The notes under the pieces were generated by a model. The model saw nothing but the letters and a program-made list of their open reading frames with translations. It was not told where the DNA came from and made no database searches. The position numbers were made by a program, and so were the translations under genes. Shown one piece after another: positions 1-8,276 of a stretch of DNA of 64,000 nt. The stretch spans positions 3,659-67,658 of the forward strand of contig WARW01000002.1 in NCBI GenBank assembly GCA_013387215.1, read 5' to 3'. How positions within the stretch are numbered: position 1 is the first letter of the stretch; each line of letters begins with the position of its first letter. Source of the stretch: Patescibacteria group bacterium (GTDB lineage: Bacteria; Patescibacteriota; Microgenomatia; UBA12405).

Positions 1-117
1 GGTGAGCAAGTGTTGAATTGCCTGCCATAAGGTTCTTCCAAAACCCATGACTTCCTCGGGTTTGACATCGTACGTTTTGTCGGTGTTTTGACCCCATAGT
101 TTCTGGAGACTATTCAT
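1..117 (-). CDS. Nucleobase:cation symporter (NCS2, uracil/xanthine permease family), N-terminal part; gene continues beyond the window
   Basis: Not in ORF track. Reverse strand from ATG 117 reads MNSLQKLWGQNTDKTYDVKPEEVMGFGRTLWQAIQHLLT, resembling the V..E......L...LQH start of UraA/PyrP-type permeases. SD-like AGGAAAGG upstream. Confidence 0.6.
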   Translation of the reverse strand, partial: MNSLQKLWGQNTDKTYDVKPEEVMGFGRTLWQAIQHLLT

Positions 118-241
118 AAAAATTATCCTTTCCTGCCGCTATATTTCTTCTTTAATTCTTAAGAAGAGCAGCTTTAAAACTAATTTTTCAATTAATCTTG
201 AAGCTACTTTTCTTAAGAACCATCTTTCTTTGTTAAAGTGC

Positions 242-265
242 AAAAAAAAAGCCCCGCGGTGGGGC
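242..265 (-). terminator. Intrinsic terminator / possible attenuator in the permease leader
   Basis: Minus strand GCCCC-ACCGC-GGGGC followed by T9. Confidence 0.7.
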
Positions 266-266
266 A

Positions 267-296
267 TTATTTTGTTTGACTAGATGCATTTTGCAT
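267..296 (-). CDS. Putative leaderless 9-aa leader peptide MQNASSQTK
   Basis: ATG lies 7 nt after the -10 box; stop is 1 nt before the terminator stem. Confidence 0.35.
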   Translation of the reverse strand: MQNASSQTK

Positions 297-303
297 TTCT
301 TCG

Positions 304-332
304 TTTATAGAGAAGCTTGAGAATAAAGTCAA
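304..332 (-). promoter_or_regulatory. sigma70 promoter
   Basis: TTGACT (332-327), 17 nt, TATAAA (309-304). Confidence 0.7.
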
Positions 333-353
333 TAAGCTGTTTATTTTTTGGAG

Positions 354-390
354 AAAAAAGCCCTAAATGTTTATTTACAAATAGGGCTTT
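354..390 (-). terminator. Intrinsic terminator of the 406-801 gene
   Basis: AAAGCCCTA...TAGGGCTTT hairpin with T-run on the minus strand. Confidence 0.6.
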
Positions 391-405
391 GTGGCCATAA
401 TGATT

Positions 406-801
406 TTAATATTCAATGTGTTTGTAGTGGGTTGTCCATTCTGGATAGTATTTTCTGATGGCTTCATCGTAGAAAGCAAAGGCGGCAACGACCAAAGTGA
501 AAGAATAAGTTGACCTTATGTCAGAATAAAAATTGATTCTCATTGTGCCTTCATAGGTTTCATTGTTGGCACTGGCGTCGTATGAGGCGATAATATAATC
601 TTTACAAGCAGATTCTGTTTGGTTTCCAAAGTCAACTCTAAAGTGAAAATGGGGTGTGTCTTCAGTGGCATATTGCTCTTTGATTTCAAGTGAAAAATTA
701 GTTTTTCTTAGGGATTTCGCTAGGGCTTCGAATCTTTCGAGTAATTCGTTGGTAAAATTCTCATCTCTTTTTTCGGGCATAATCCAAATGCGTTTTTCCA
801 T
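406..801 (-). CDS. Orphan hypothetical protein (~131 aa, MEKRIW...)
   Basis: ORF 406..885; start moved to ATG 801 behind a strong SD (TAAGGAGGT). No recognised family. Confidence 0.7.
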   Translation of the reverse strand: MEKRIWIMPEKRDENFTNELLERFEALAKSLRKTNFSLEIKEQYATEDTPHFHFRVDFGNQTESACKDYIIASYDASANNETYEGTMRINFYSDIRSTYSFTLVVAAFAFYDEAIRKYYPEWTTHYKHIEY

Positions 802-860
802 TTTTCTTACCTCCTTAAAATTTGTGGTCAAAGGTATTACATTGTTATTGAAAGTCATTA

Positions 861-943
861 TGTTAAAGATCTGGTTTGGGCTCATTTGCGTTTAAACAAA
901 CTCAAAACTCCGGTATTATAGCCTATAAATGGGATTATGTCAT
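861..943 (-). promoter_or_regulatory. Promoter, leader hairpin and boxA element
   Basis: ATGACA (943-938), 17 nt, TATAAT (920-915); GATCTTTAACA at 871-861 matches the rrn boxA consensus. Confidence 0.65.
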
Positions 944-988
944 GTTCCAGGCGGACCAAAAAAAATCCCCGAAAAGGGGATAATTGTG

Positions 989-1072
989 CGGAGGGTATAG
1001 GATTCGAACCCATGAGGGATTTCTCCCACCAGTTTTCAAAACTGGCGCCATGAACCACTCGGCCAACCCTCC
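989..1072 (-). tRNA. tRNA-Ser(TGA)
   Basis: GGAGGGT acceptor stem, anticodon arm CCAGT-TTTGAAA-ACTGG, long variable arm, GGTTCGAATCC T arm. Confidence 0.95.
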
Positions 1073-1077
1073 AGTTG

Positions 1078-1153
1078 TGGAGCCCAGATTGGAACTCGAA
1101 TCCAAGACCTTCCCCTTACCAAGGGGATGCTCTACCAACTGAGCTATCTGGGC
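1078..1153 (-). tRNA. tRNA-Thr(GGT)
   Basis: GCCCAGATAGCTCAGTTGGTAGAGC..., anticodon arm TCCCC-TTGGTAA-GGGGA, encoded CCA. Confidence 0.95.
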
Positions 1154-1202
1154 AATATGGGATATTTTACCAGAAAAGTTTTTGGATATTAGCAATTAGT
1201 TT

Positions 1203-3419
1203 TTATTTAGATCCAACAACAAGTCTGGCCAGCAGATAGGATACAGTTGATTCAGCTCCTTGATGAAGGTTGACGCCGGTAGGAGTGAGACCGTCAAATG
1301 ATCCACCAGTTGTTTTATCGTAAACTTGTTCGCCAAGTAGATTATTGCCCAAAAACCAGTAAAAAGTTTTAAACATTAAATTTTTGTATTTTCTTTTTTT
1401 GGTGACTTTATAGGCAGTTTTTAAGGCTTGAACCATGGCTACCACATCTTCGGGCTGCTGGTCATAATGCTGCCGGTTTTGATCGCCTTTTTGAAACCAG
1501 GTTTTTTGGCCAATTGGTACATAGATGGGGCCTTGGAAAGAATTATTTATCAAAAATTCCAGGCTAGATTCGGCTACTTTTAGATATTGGGGATCTTTGT
1601 TAATTAAATATGATAAAAACATAGCTTCAGGAAAAATACCATTGGCATAAGTTAGGGAATTTTCAAACCACTGCCAATCTGTGTCGGAATTCTTTTTGTA
1701 AAGCGAAAAAAGGTATTCTGAAGATTTTTTAATTATGTCTTTGTAACAACTAATTTGATGCCGGGGTTTTAATAAAGAAAGACCTTTAATAATGAAGGCG
1801 TTGGCTCGGGGAAAATCGTATTGATGATAACCATCGATCCATTTTTGCAATGTTTTAATAGCTTTTTGTTTTAATTTTTTGGGAATTTTAGGTTTGCTAA
1901 TTAGTTCAGATAAAGCCCAAACTGTTCGACCATTGGAATCAGACAGATCAACATTGTGATTGGCTTCATTTTCTAATTCCTGCTGGTAACTTATGTAATT
2001 ATAAAAATGAGATCCAACTTGGCATTGTTCAATAAAGTTTAGATAGGTGTTAGCTAGAGTGAGAGCCGGTTTATTGTTTGTTTCCTGAAAATATTTAGAA
2101 ACGACAATCAAAGCCCGGGCATTATCGTCGACAGTGTAGCCATATTGTGGGTCAGGGTTGGTTAATTTGGCGAACTGAAACAAACCGTAAGAATCTGTCA
2201 TCCGACGGAGATGGTCCAAATTAAATGTCGGCAAATTATGATCTTCAACTGAAATTTGGGGAGCGATGGAATTAAAAAGATTAATATAGGAAATAGCCAC
2301 ATTGCTCCAAAGCATATTTCGGGTGGAAGCATAGGCACAAAAATACATTTCTTCAAGCTGATTTTTGTTTTCAAGCAGTTTTAAAACAGCATCGGCATAA
2401 GCATCGGGATTTCTAAAATCAACGAGTCGGCCAGTGTCGTCGTTAATGATTTCTTTAGCCTGAGAAAAGGCAGTAGAAACAATACAGCGGCCAGTGCCAA
2501 GAGCATAAGAAAGGGTGCCGCTAACAGTTTGATTAGGATCAAGAGAGGTGGAAATATAAATGTCGGTAGCTTGGAGAAATTTAATAATTTCGTTTAAGGG
2601 CAGATAGCGGTCAAAAAACTTAACATTGTTGGTTAATTTAAGATTTTTAACCAATTCCAAAAGCTCTTCACGATACGATTCGCCCTCTTTTCTGCGGACA
2701 ACAGGATGGGTCTGACCAATAATCAAATAGAGAATATTAGGATGTTTTTTGACAATCCGGGGTAAAGCCTTAATAACATACTCGATTCCCTTATTACGGC
2801 TTAATAGGCCGAAAGTTGAAAGGACAATTTTATTTTTGTAGCCAAATTTTACTTTTGTTTGTTGAGGCAAGGTAAACAAAACCGGATGAATGCCGTGAGG
2901 AATGACATTAATCTTATCGGGATCAACTAAATATTTTTCAATTAAAATTTCTTTGGCTAGTTTGGTCAAAACTACGACTTTATTTACTAACCTTAACATA
3001 TCTTTGGTAATTTCCAGCATTTCTGGATCTGGAGATGGGGGAACAGTGTGCATGGTCAAAACACTGGGTTTTTTTAGTTCTTTTAAAAAAGCCATAATGT
3101 TGACTCCCCAAAGTCCACCGTGAATGCCATATTCATGCTGAATATTGACACATCTAACCTGATTTAAGGCATTTATTTTTTGGGCAGCAGATTGGTAGCT
3201 AGCTTCATCATTTTGGTTTATTTCAAAAATAACTTTAGAAGGGTAGACTTGAAAATCAGATTCCGAGGTATTCATGGCAATAATTTTGCTTTTTATTCGA
3301 GGGTAAAAGGTGTTATCAATGGCATTAGTAAGGTCTTGTGTGAAAGTGGCAATGCCGCATTCACGAGGGGGAAAAGTACTTAAATAAACAACCCAAGTCT
3401 GATCAGAATGTTTAATCAT
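1203..3419 (-). CDS. GT4 glycosyltransferase fused to a C-terminal six-hairpin glycosidase-like domain
   Basis: PPRECGIATF, QHEYG, FGLLSRNKGIE and SGTLSYA motifs; C-terminal YTVDDNARAL, QQPED and GAESTVSYL motifs. Confidence 0.85.
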   Translation of the reverse strand: MIKHSDQTWVVYLSTFPPRECGIATFTQDLTNAIDNTFYPRIKSKIIAMNTSESDFQVYPSKVIFEINQNDEASYQSAAQKINALNQVRCVNIQHEYGIHGGLWGVNIMAFLKELKKPSVLTMHTVPPSPDPEMLEITKDMLRLVNKVVVLTKLAKEILIEKYLVDPDKINVIPHGIHPVLFTLPQQTKVKFGYKNKIVLSTFGLLSRNKGIEYVIKALPRIVKKHPNILYLIIGQTHPVVRRKEGESYREELLELVKNLKLTNNVKFFDRYLPLNEIIKFLQATDIYISTSLDPNQTVSGTLSYALGTGRCIVSTAFSQAKEIINDDTGRLVDFRNPDAYADAVLKLLENKNQLEEMYFCAYASTRNMLWSNVAISYINLFNSIAPQISVEDHNLPTFNLDHLRRMTDSYGLFQFAKLTNPDPQYGYTVDDNARALIVVSKYFQETNNKPALTLANTYLNFIEQCQVGSHFYNYISYQQELENEANHNVDLSDSNGRTVWALSELISKPKIPKKLKQKAIKTLQKWIDGYHQYDFPRANAFIIKGLSLLKPRHQISCYKDIIKKSSEYLFSLYKKNSDTDWQWFENSLTYANGIFPEAMFLSYLINKDPQYLKVAESSLEFLINNSFQGPIYVPIGQKTWFQKGDQNRQHYDQQPEDVVAMVQALKTAYKVTKKRKYKNLMFKTFYWFLGNNLLGEQVYDKTTGGSFDGLTPTGVNLHQGAESTVSYLLARLVVGSK

Positions 3420-3547
3420 AAGTATCTATATTATATAAAATTGTATAAAATTTTACAAATAAGCGATAGCTTGAACCAAAATAAAATTTACCTATTTATA
3501 GGAAGAAGATGAAGAAGATTTTTAGAAATAGTTTTAATATTTGAATT

Positions 3548-3623
3548 TGGAGCCTGAAGTCAGACTCGGACTGACGACCTGCTGTTTACAAAACAGCTGC
3601 TCTACCAACTGAGCTATTCAGGC
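3548..3623 (-). tRNA. tRNA-Thr(TGT)
   Basis: Cloverleaf with anticodon arm GCTGT-TTTGTAA-ACAGC and CCA end; T-loop reads TCCGAGT. Confidence 0.93.
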
Positions 3624-3714
3624 AAATGATTGACGAGTGTTAAACTTACGTCGAATAATGGTTATTATATCAAGAGTTTCTAAGTTTAATAATTAAGGTA
3701 AAATACTAAGTAAT

Positions 3715-4854
3715 ATGACAGCAAAGAAAAAAATCTTGGTTCTGACAGATCATATGCCTTGGGGACATAGATCCATAGCTAAGGCAATTTACAATTATCT
3801 TAAAGCAAACGAAAAAGATAACAACTATGAAGTAGTTTATGCAGAAGTGGAAGCAAAGACGGGAATTGCAGGAGACATGTATACTTTTGCCTATCGATAT
3901 TTACCAACTTCCAATCGGCTTTTCCATAAATTTTTTAATAATAAGACAGCCAGAGAACTGTTTGAAGAAGTGTCTATTTTGAATTTGCCAAGGCTTAAAA
4001 AGGAAGTAGAACGAATAAAACCTGATTTGATAATTTCGGCTTATTTTTTTCACACTCATTCATTGGCCAAATGGAGAATTAAACATCACAAGCATTTCAA
4101 ATTGTGGAATATTGTGGCTGACCCATGGACTATTAATCCGGTTACTTTTGTCAAGGATGCCGATTTGCATTTGGTATATGACGATGTGACTATGGAAGTG
4201 GCCAAAAATTATGACATTCCAGAAAGTAAGATTATGAAAACTGGATGGTGGGTAAGACCGGAGATGTATGCTAAATATGATCGAAAAAAAGCCCGGGAAA
4301 AATTAGGATTTTGTGATGACAGGCCAGTTATTTTTATCGGCGGAGGCAGTTTGGGAACCAATTCGTTGACTCGAATACTGCCAACTTTAATGCTTTTGAA
4401 ACACAAAGTTGGATTTATTATTAATACCGGAACAGACAAACTTGCTTATAATTTAGTGGAAGAATACACTAAATTATTTAAAAAATTAAGAAAAAGCAAT
4501 GTAGTGATGATTAAAAATTTTGGCTGGATTGATAATATGGCAGAAGTGCTGGCAGCCAGTGATATGGTTTTTGGAAAGGCCGGGCCAAACTTCCTTTTTG
4601 ATGTGATGGCAACTGAAAAACCATTTGTGGCCATTACCCATATTGGCGGACAAGAAGACGGCAATATCGATTTGATCCGTAAAAAAAGATTAGGATGGAT
4701 TAGAGAAAAGAATGGTGAAATTTCCAAATTTTTACTTAAATACTTGGATAATCCAGCTGAGTATCAATGTAAATTTTTGAACAATATCAAAAAAGAGGCG
4801 GAAACAAATCAAAAAAGTTTGCCAATGATTTTGGAAGCAGTCAAGAAAATATAA
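3715..4854 (+). CDS. MGDG synthase / UgtP-like diacylglycerol glycosyltransferase (GT28)
   Basis: N-terminal GH motif (PWGHRSIAKA), GGGSLG, KAGP, GQEDGN. Confidence 0.85.
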   Translation: MTAKKKILVLTDHMPWGHRSIAKAIYNYLKANEKDNNYEVVYAEVEAKTGIAGDMYTFAYRYLPTSNRLFHKFFNNKTARELFEEVSILNLPRLKKEVERIKPDLIISAYFFHTHSLAKWRIKHHKHFKLWNIVADPWTINPVTFVKDADLHLVYDDVTMEVAKNYDIPESKIMKTGWWVRPEMYAKYDRKKAREKLGFCDDRPVIFIGGGSLGTNSLTRILPTLMLLKHKVGFIINTGTDKLAYNLVEEYTKLFKKLRKSNVVMIKNFGWIDNMAEVLAASDMVFGKAGPNFLFDVMATEKPFVAITHIGGQEDGNIDLIRKKRLGWIREKNGEISKFLLKYLDNPAEYQCKFLNNIKKEAETNQKSLPMILEAVKKI

Positions 4855-5014
4855 AAAAAATCCCATCAAAGGTTTACTCTAATAGTGGCTTTTCCACGCA
4901 TAAAGATCACGTGGGGAAAACTATCCTTAAGAGCACGCCCTTAAAGAAATCGTCTTCCAAAATTGAAGGTTAGCTAGAAAAAACACCTTCTTAAAGATAC
5001 GCCTTTGGTAGGAT
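4853..5014 (-). ncRNA. Candidate ~160-nt structured non-coding RNA
   Basis: Extended -10 TGATAAAAT (5029-5021); ends pair (UCCUACCAAAGG/CCUUUGAUGGGA) and are followed by a U-run; several internal helices. Confidence 0.55.
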
Positions 5015-5218
5015 TAGCTAATTTTATCATGCAAGCTACAAAGGAAAAAGTAAAAATACTTTAAGACTTTAGTAAAAATTTAACCTAATGTAAGAGGATA
5101 TGGAAGCAAACCGTTTTTTAAAGCGAATTGATAAATAATTTATTTTTAATGTAAAAATAGGCGATAAAATAAGTAAGCAATAGTAGAAAATAATTAAGAT
5201 TATGGTATTATACTTTTC

Positions 5219-5440
5219 ATGAAACAAGCTCAAAAAATCACCAAAGATATTTTAATTTTGGATTTAGTAGAAAAATATCCACAACTAGGAGAAGTCTTAA
5301 CTTTAGATTATGGTTTTCACTGCATCGGCTGTATGGCTGCAGGCATGGAAACTTTAGAACAAGGGGCTGAGGTACATGGGATGGATGAAAAAGAAATCGA
5401 TAAAATGGTTCTGGAGCTCAATAAAATTATTGAAAAATAA
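5219..5440 (+). CDS. DUF1858 domain protein
   Basis: ITKD...YP...GFHCIGC...ETLEQGAEVHG pattern. Confidence 0.85.
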   Translation: MKQAQKITKDILILDLVEKYPQLGEVLTLDYGFHCIGCMAAGMETLEQGAEVHGMDEKEIDKMVLELNKIIEK

Positions 5441-5445
5441 TTAAG

Positions 5446-6051
5446 CTAAAAAGCTAAAATTCCATAAACAAAACGAAGAGCCGGGGTCATAATGATATTA
5501 GCGAGGTTTGAACCGTTTATGGGTAAGAATAGAAAAGCTAAAAGAATAATATAGCCATATTTCTGGAAAGCTTCTTCCCATTGACCAGAGAGATCTGGAG
5601 GCAAAAGTGCCAAAAGAATTTTGGAACCATCAAGCGGGGGAATGGGAATTAAGTTAAAAACAGCCAAAACTACGTTGGATTGGACTAAAATAGAAAAGAA
5701 AAATGCAACCATGCTGTTAAATCCGATAAACCGGGCAATTAAAGAAATTATGGTGGCTAAAAGCAAATTGCTGGCTGGTCCGGCAAGGGCGATAATCAGC
5801 TCATCGCGTTTGGGTGATTTAAGGTTATAGCGATCAATTTCTACGGGTTTACCCCAACCGAAATGAACTAAAAATAAGAGAATTGTGCCAAGAAGATCTA
5901 GATGATGAAGAGGATTAAGACTCAGACGTCCTTGAGAGCGGGGAGTTGGGTCGCCTAATTGGTCGGCAGCAAAAGCATGGGAAAACTCATGGATTGTGAT
6001 AGCAATGATAATACAAACACCGAATATAACAAGAGAAATTAGATTTACCAT
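5446..6051 (-). CDS. Site-2 protease family (M50) membrane metalloprotease
   Basis: HEFSH, AGPASN and FNLIPIPPLDG motifs. Confidence 0.9.
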   Translation of the reverse strand: MVNLISLVIFGVCIIIAITIHEFSHAFAADQLGDPTPRSQGRLSLNPLHHLDLLGTILLFLVHFGWGKPVEIDRYNLKSPKRDELIIALAGPASNLLLATIISLIARFIGFNSMVAFFFSILVQSNVVLAVFNLIPIPPLDGSKILLALLPPDLSGQWEEAFQKYGYIILLAFLFLPINGSNLANIIMTPALRFVYGILAF

Positions 6052-6089
6052 ATTTCAAAAATATTATTGTTTTGATATTATACCTTACT

Positions 6090-6293
6090 ATGAGAACATG
6101 TAGTTTATGCAGCAAGGGTACAAAAGTCGGTCGTAACAGATCACATGCCCAAAATCGTACACCAAGAACCTTCAAGGCTAACATACAAAAAGTTACATTA
6201 ACTGTTGGTGAAGATAAAATCAGCGGTAATTTCTGTACTAAGTGCTTGAAAAGATTGAAGAAAGAAACTCAACAAAAAACGGCGCTTATTTAA
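6090..6293 (+). CDS. rpmB: 50S ribosomal protein L28
   Basis: CxxCxK...G.N.SHA..RT.R.FKAN...CTKCLK. Confidence 0.9.
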   Translation: MRTCSLCSKGTKVGRNRSHAQNRTPRTFKANIQKVTLTVGEDKISGNFCTKCLKRLKKETQQKTALI

Positions 6294-6325
6294 GGCACCG
6301 CTTTTGTTAAGGTTTAATCCGTCAA

Positions 6326-6424
6326 TTATTTCTTTTTTGCTTTTTTGACGGTCTTTTTCTTAGCTACTTTCTTTACAGCTTTTTTCTTAGCTACTTTTTT
6401 AGTTGCTTTTTTTTTGACTGGCAT
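6326..6424 (-). CDS. 32-aa Lys/Ala/Val-rich histone H1-like microprotein
   Basis: Not in ORF track. MPVKKKATKKVAKKKAVKKVAKKKTVKKAKKK*, with SD AAGGAGG upstream. Confidence 0.75.
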   Translation of the reverse strand: MPVKKKATKKVAKKKAVKKVAKKKTVKKAKKK

Positions 6425-6805
6425 ATTTTTTCCTCCTTGTTTTAATTAAAAAGAATTTAAATTAAATGTCAAAAATAGGAATTCCTGTCTTTAGGGATTA
6501 TTTTTGATGGAGGGGAGCAAAATTGGACCAATTTTTTCTAAGTTTTTATTGTAATAATCCCTGTTTTACGGAATAATTTTGATTGCCTAAATTTTAAAAT
6601 ATAAAAAATCAAAAAAATAAAAATTTAAAATTTGCGTAAGGTAGCAGAAAATTCACAATCAATTAATGATGAAAACTACCGATAAATTTAAAAATCAAAT
6701 TTAAATAAAGCCATAGGACAGGAATAAATTTAATTCAATTTTTTGCTTAAAAATATTTTTTGACAAAAAACATTTGTAATATTACCCTTAAATCCCGATA
6801 AATAC

Positions 6806-7669
6806 TTACTTTTTTATGCGATAATATTTTTCAATTTCCGACCATTTGACCGGTTTTTTGCCCTCGATTTGTACCTCAGCAGGGATGACGTTATTAGTAA
6901 CACAGGCGGCGGAAAAGATCTTCATTTTAAAGTTTTCTTGATTTTGATTGGCAACAATGGTCCAGGCGATTGGCCAAGGATTTAGGGCCTGGATGAAACG
7001 AACAATCTTTTGAGAGTCCCAAGACCAATCAATTTTGGCAGTCTCTTTTGAAAATTTAGGGAAATATGTTTTTTGAGTGTGATCTTGAGGAATAATGTTT
7101 CCGGGTGAATTTATATAGTTGGTTAAAACGGATTCTAGGTTTTGAGCAGCCAAGTCAAAAGCTTTTAAGTAAAAAGAAGTGGCGGTTTCGGATGGAGAAA
7201 TATCAAAAGGGATTTGAGAAATAATGGGGCCATGATCGGGAAGAGCGTCGATTTGGAAAAAAGTGACGCTGGATTTAGTTTCACCGTTGATTATCTGCCA
7301 TGGGCCAGGAGTGGCACCGCGGTATTTGGGCAACGGAGAAGGGTGGATATTAACGATTTTGTATTTTGGTATATCAATAAGCTCTTGAGTGAAATATGGC
7401 GGCCCATAGGCGACTACAAGGCCAATATCAGGGTTTAATTCTTTAAATTGGGAAACAAAAGTTTTGTCAAAATCTTCGGGTTGAAGCAAATTTAAATTAT
7501 TGACCCGGGCAAAAGCAGCAACTGGGTTAGAGGTGATAGTTTGGTCACGACCAGTGGGCTTGTCGGTTTTAGAGACGACAGCAGTAATCTTGAAAGAGTT
7601 AATTTCTAAAAGTTTTTTAAGAATTGTGACTGAGTATTCGGAAGAGCCGAAAAAAACTAGATTGACCAT
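6806..7669 (-). CDS. fmt: Methionyl-tRNA formyltransferase
   Basis: VFFGS, DKPTGR, VVAYG, NIHPSPLPKYRGATP, ALNPWP. Confidence 0.93.
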   Translation of the reverse strand: MVNLVFFGSSEYSVTILKKLLEINSFKITAVVSKTDKPTGRDQTITSNPVAAFARVNNLNLLQPEDFDKTFVSQFKELNPDIGLVVAYGPPYFTQELIDIPKYKIVNIHPSPLPKYRGATPGPWQIINGETKSSVTFFQIDALPDHGPIISQIPFDISPSETATSFYLKAFDLAAQNLESVLTNYINSPGNIIPQDHTQKTYFPKFSKETAKIDWSWDSQKIVRFIQALNPWPIAWTIVANQNQENFKMKIFSAACVTNNVIPAEVQIEGKKPVKWSEIEKYYRIKK

Positions 7670-7715
7670 AAGTTAGATTATAACTTATGATGGATTGATT
7701 TGGTAAAATATACAG

Positions 7716-8276
7716 ATGAAAAAGATAGTTATCTATCCTGCAGATTGTTTAAGAGTTAAAACTAAAAAATTAGAAACCGTAAACCCGGAACTCTTGGAGG
7801 ATATAAAAATATTATCGAAAATATTGGAAAAAGGCGAAAATGCGGCGGGTTTGGCGGCGACTCAATTAAATATCAATAAAAGATTTTTTGGAATAAAAAA
7901 TAGTGCCAAAAATGAAGTAAATATTTTCATAAATCCTAAAATTGAAGAAACTTACGGCGAAAAAATATTTCCGAAAATTATAGATAAGAACGATAATGAA
8001 GAAGATTTTTTGGAAGGATGTTTGTCTTTCCCAGATTATTATGGAACCGTAAAAAGATATCTGAAAATAGATGCCAGCTGGCAAGAAATCGTTAAAGGAA
8101 AACTTATTAGCCGAAGAGAAATTTTAAACGGATTTGAGGCTATTGTGTTTCAACATGAACTTGACCATTTGGATGGAATCTTGTTTATTGATCATGTTAA
8201 AAATGATCGAGGAAAGTTTTTCAAATACATCAACAAAAAAATGGTTGATTGGGACGTAAATAAAATTAGTTTTTAG
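7716..8276 (+). CDS. def: Peptide deformylase
   Basis: GLAATQ, EGCLS and QHELDHLDG motifs. Confidence 0.95.
   Translation: MKKIVIYPADCLRVKTKKLETVNPELLEDIKILSKILEKGENAAGLAATQLNINKRFFGIKNSAKNEVNIFINPKIEETYGEKIFPKIIDKNDNEEDFLEGCLSFPDYYGTVKRYLKIDASWQEIVKGKLISRREILNGFEAIVFQHELDHLDGILFIDHVKNDRGKFFKYINKKMVDWDVNKISF

Noticed and set aside
935-1195. 86-aa ORF in the track
   Set aside because: It overlaps tRNA-Ser and tRNA-Thr on the same strand; a shadow ORF.
1078-3623. GT4 gene between two tRNA-Thr genes as a tRNA-integrated island
   Set aside because: Both tRNAs are complete with different anticodons, the shared sequence is ordinary D-arm conservation, and there is no integrase.
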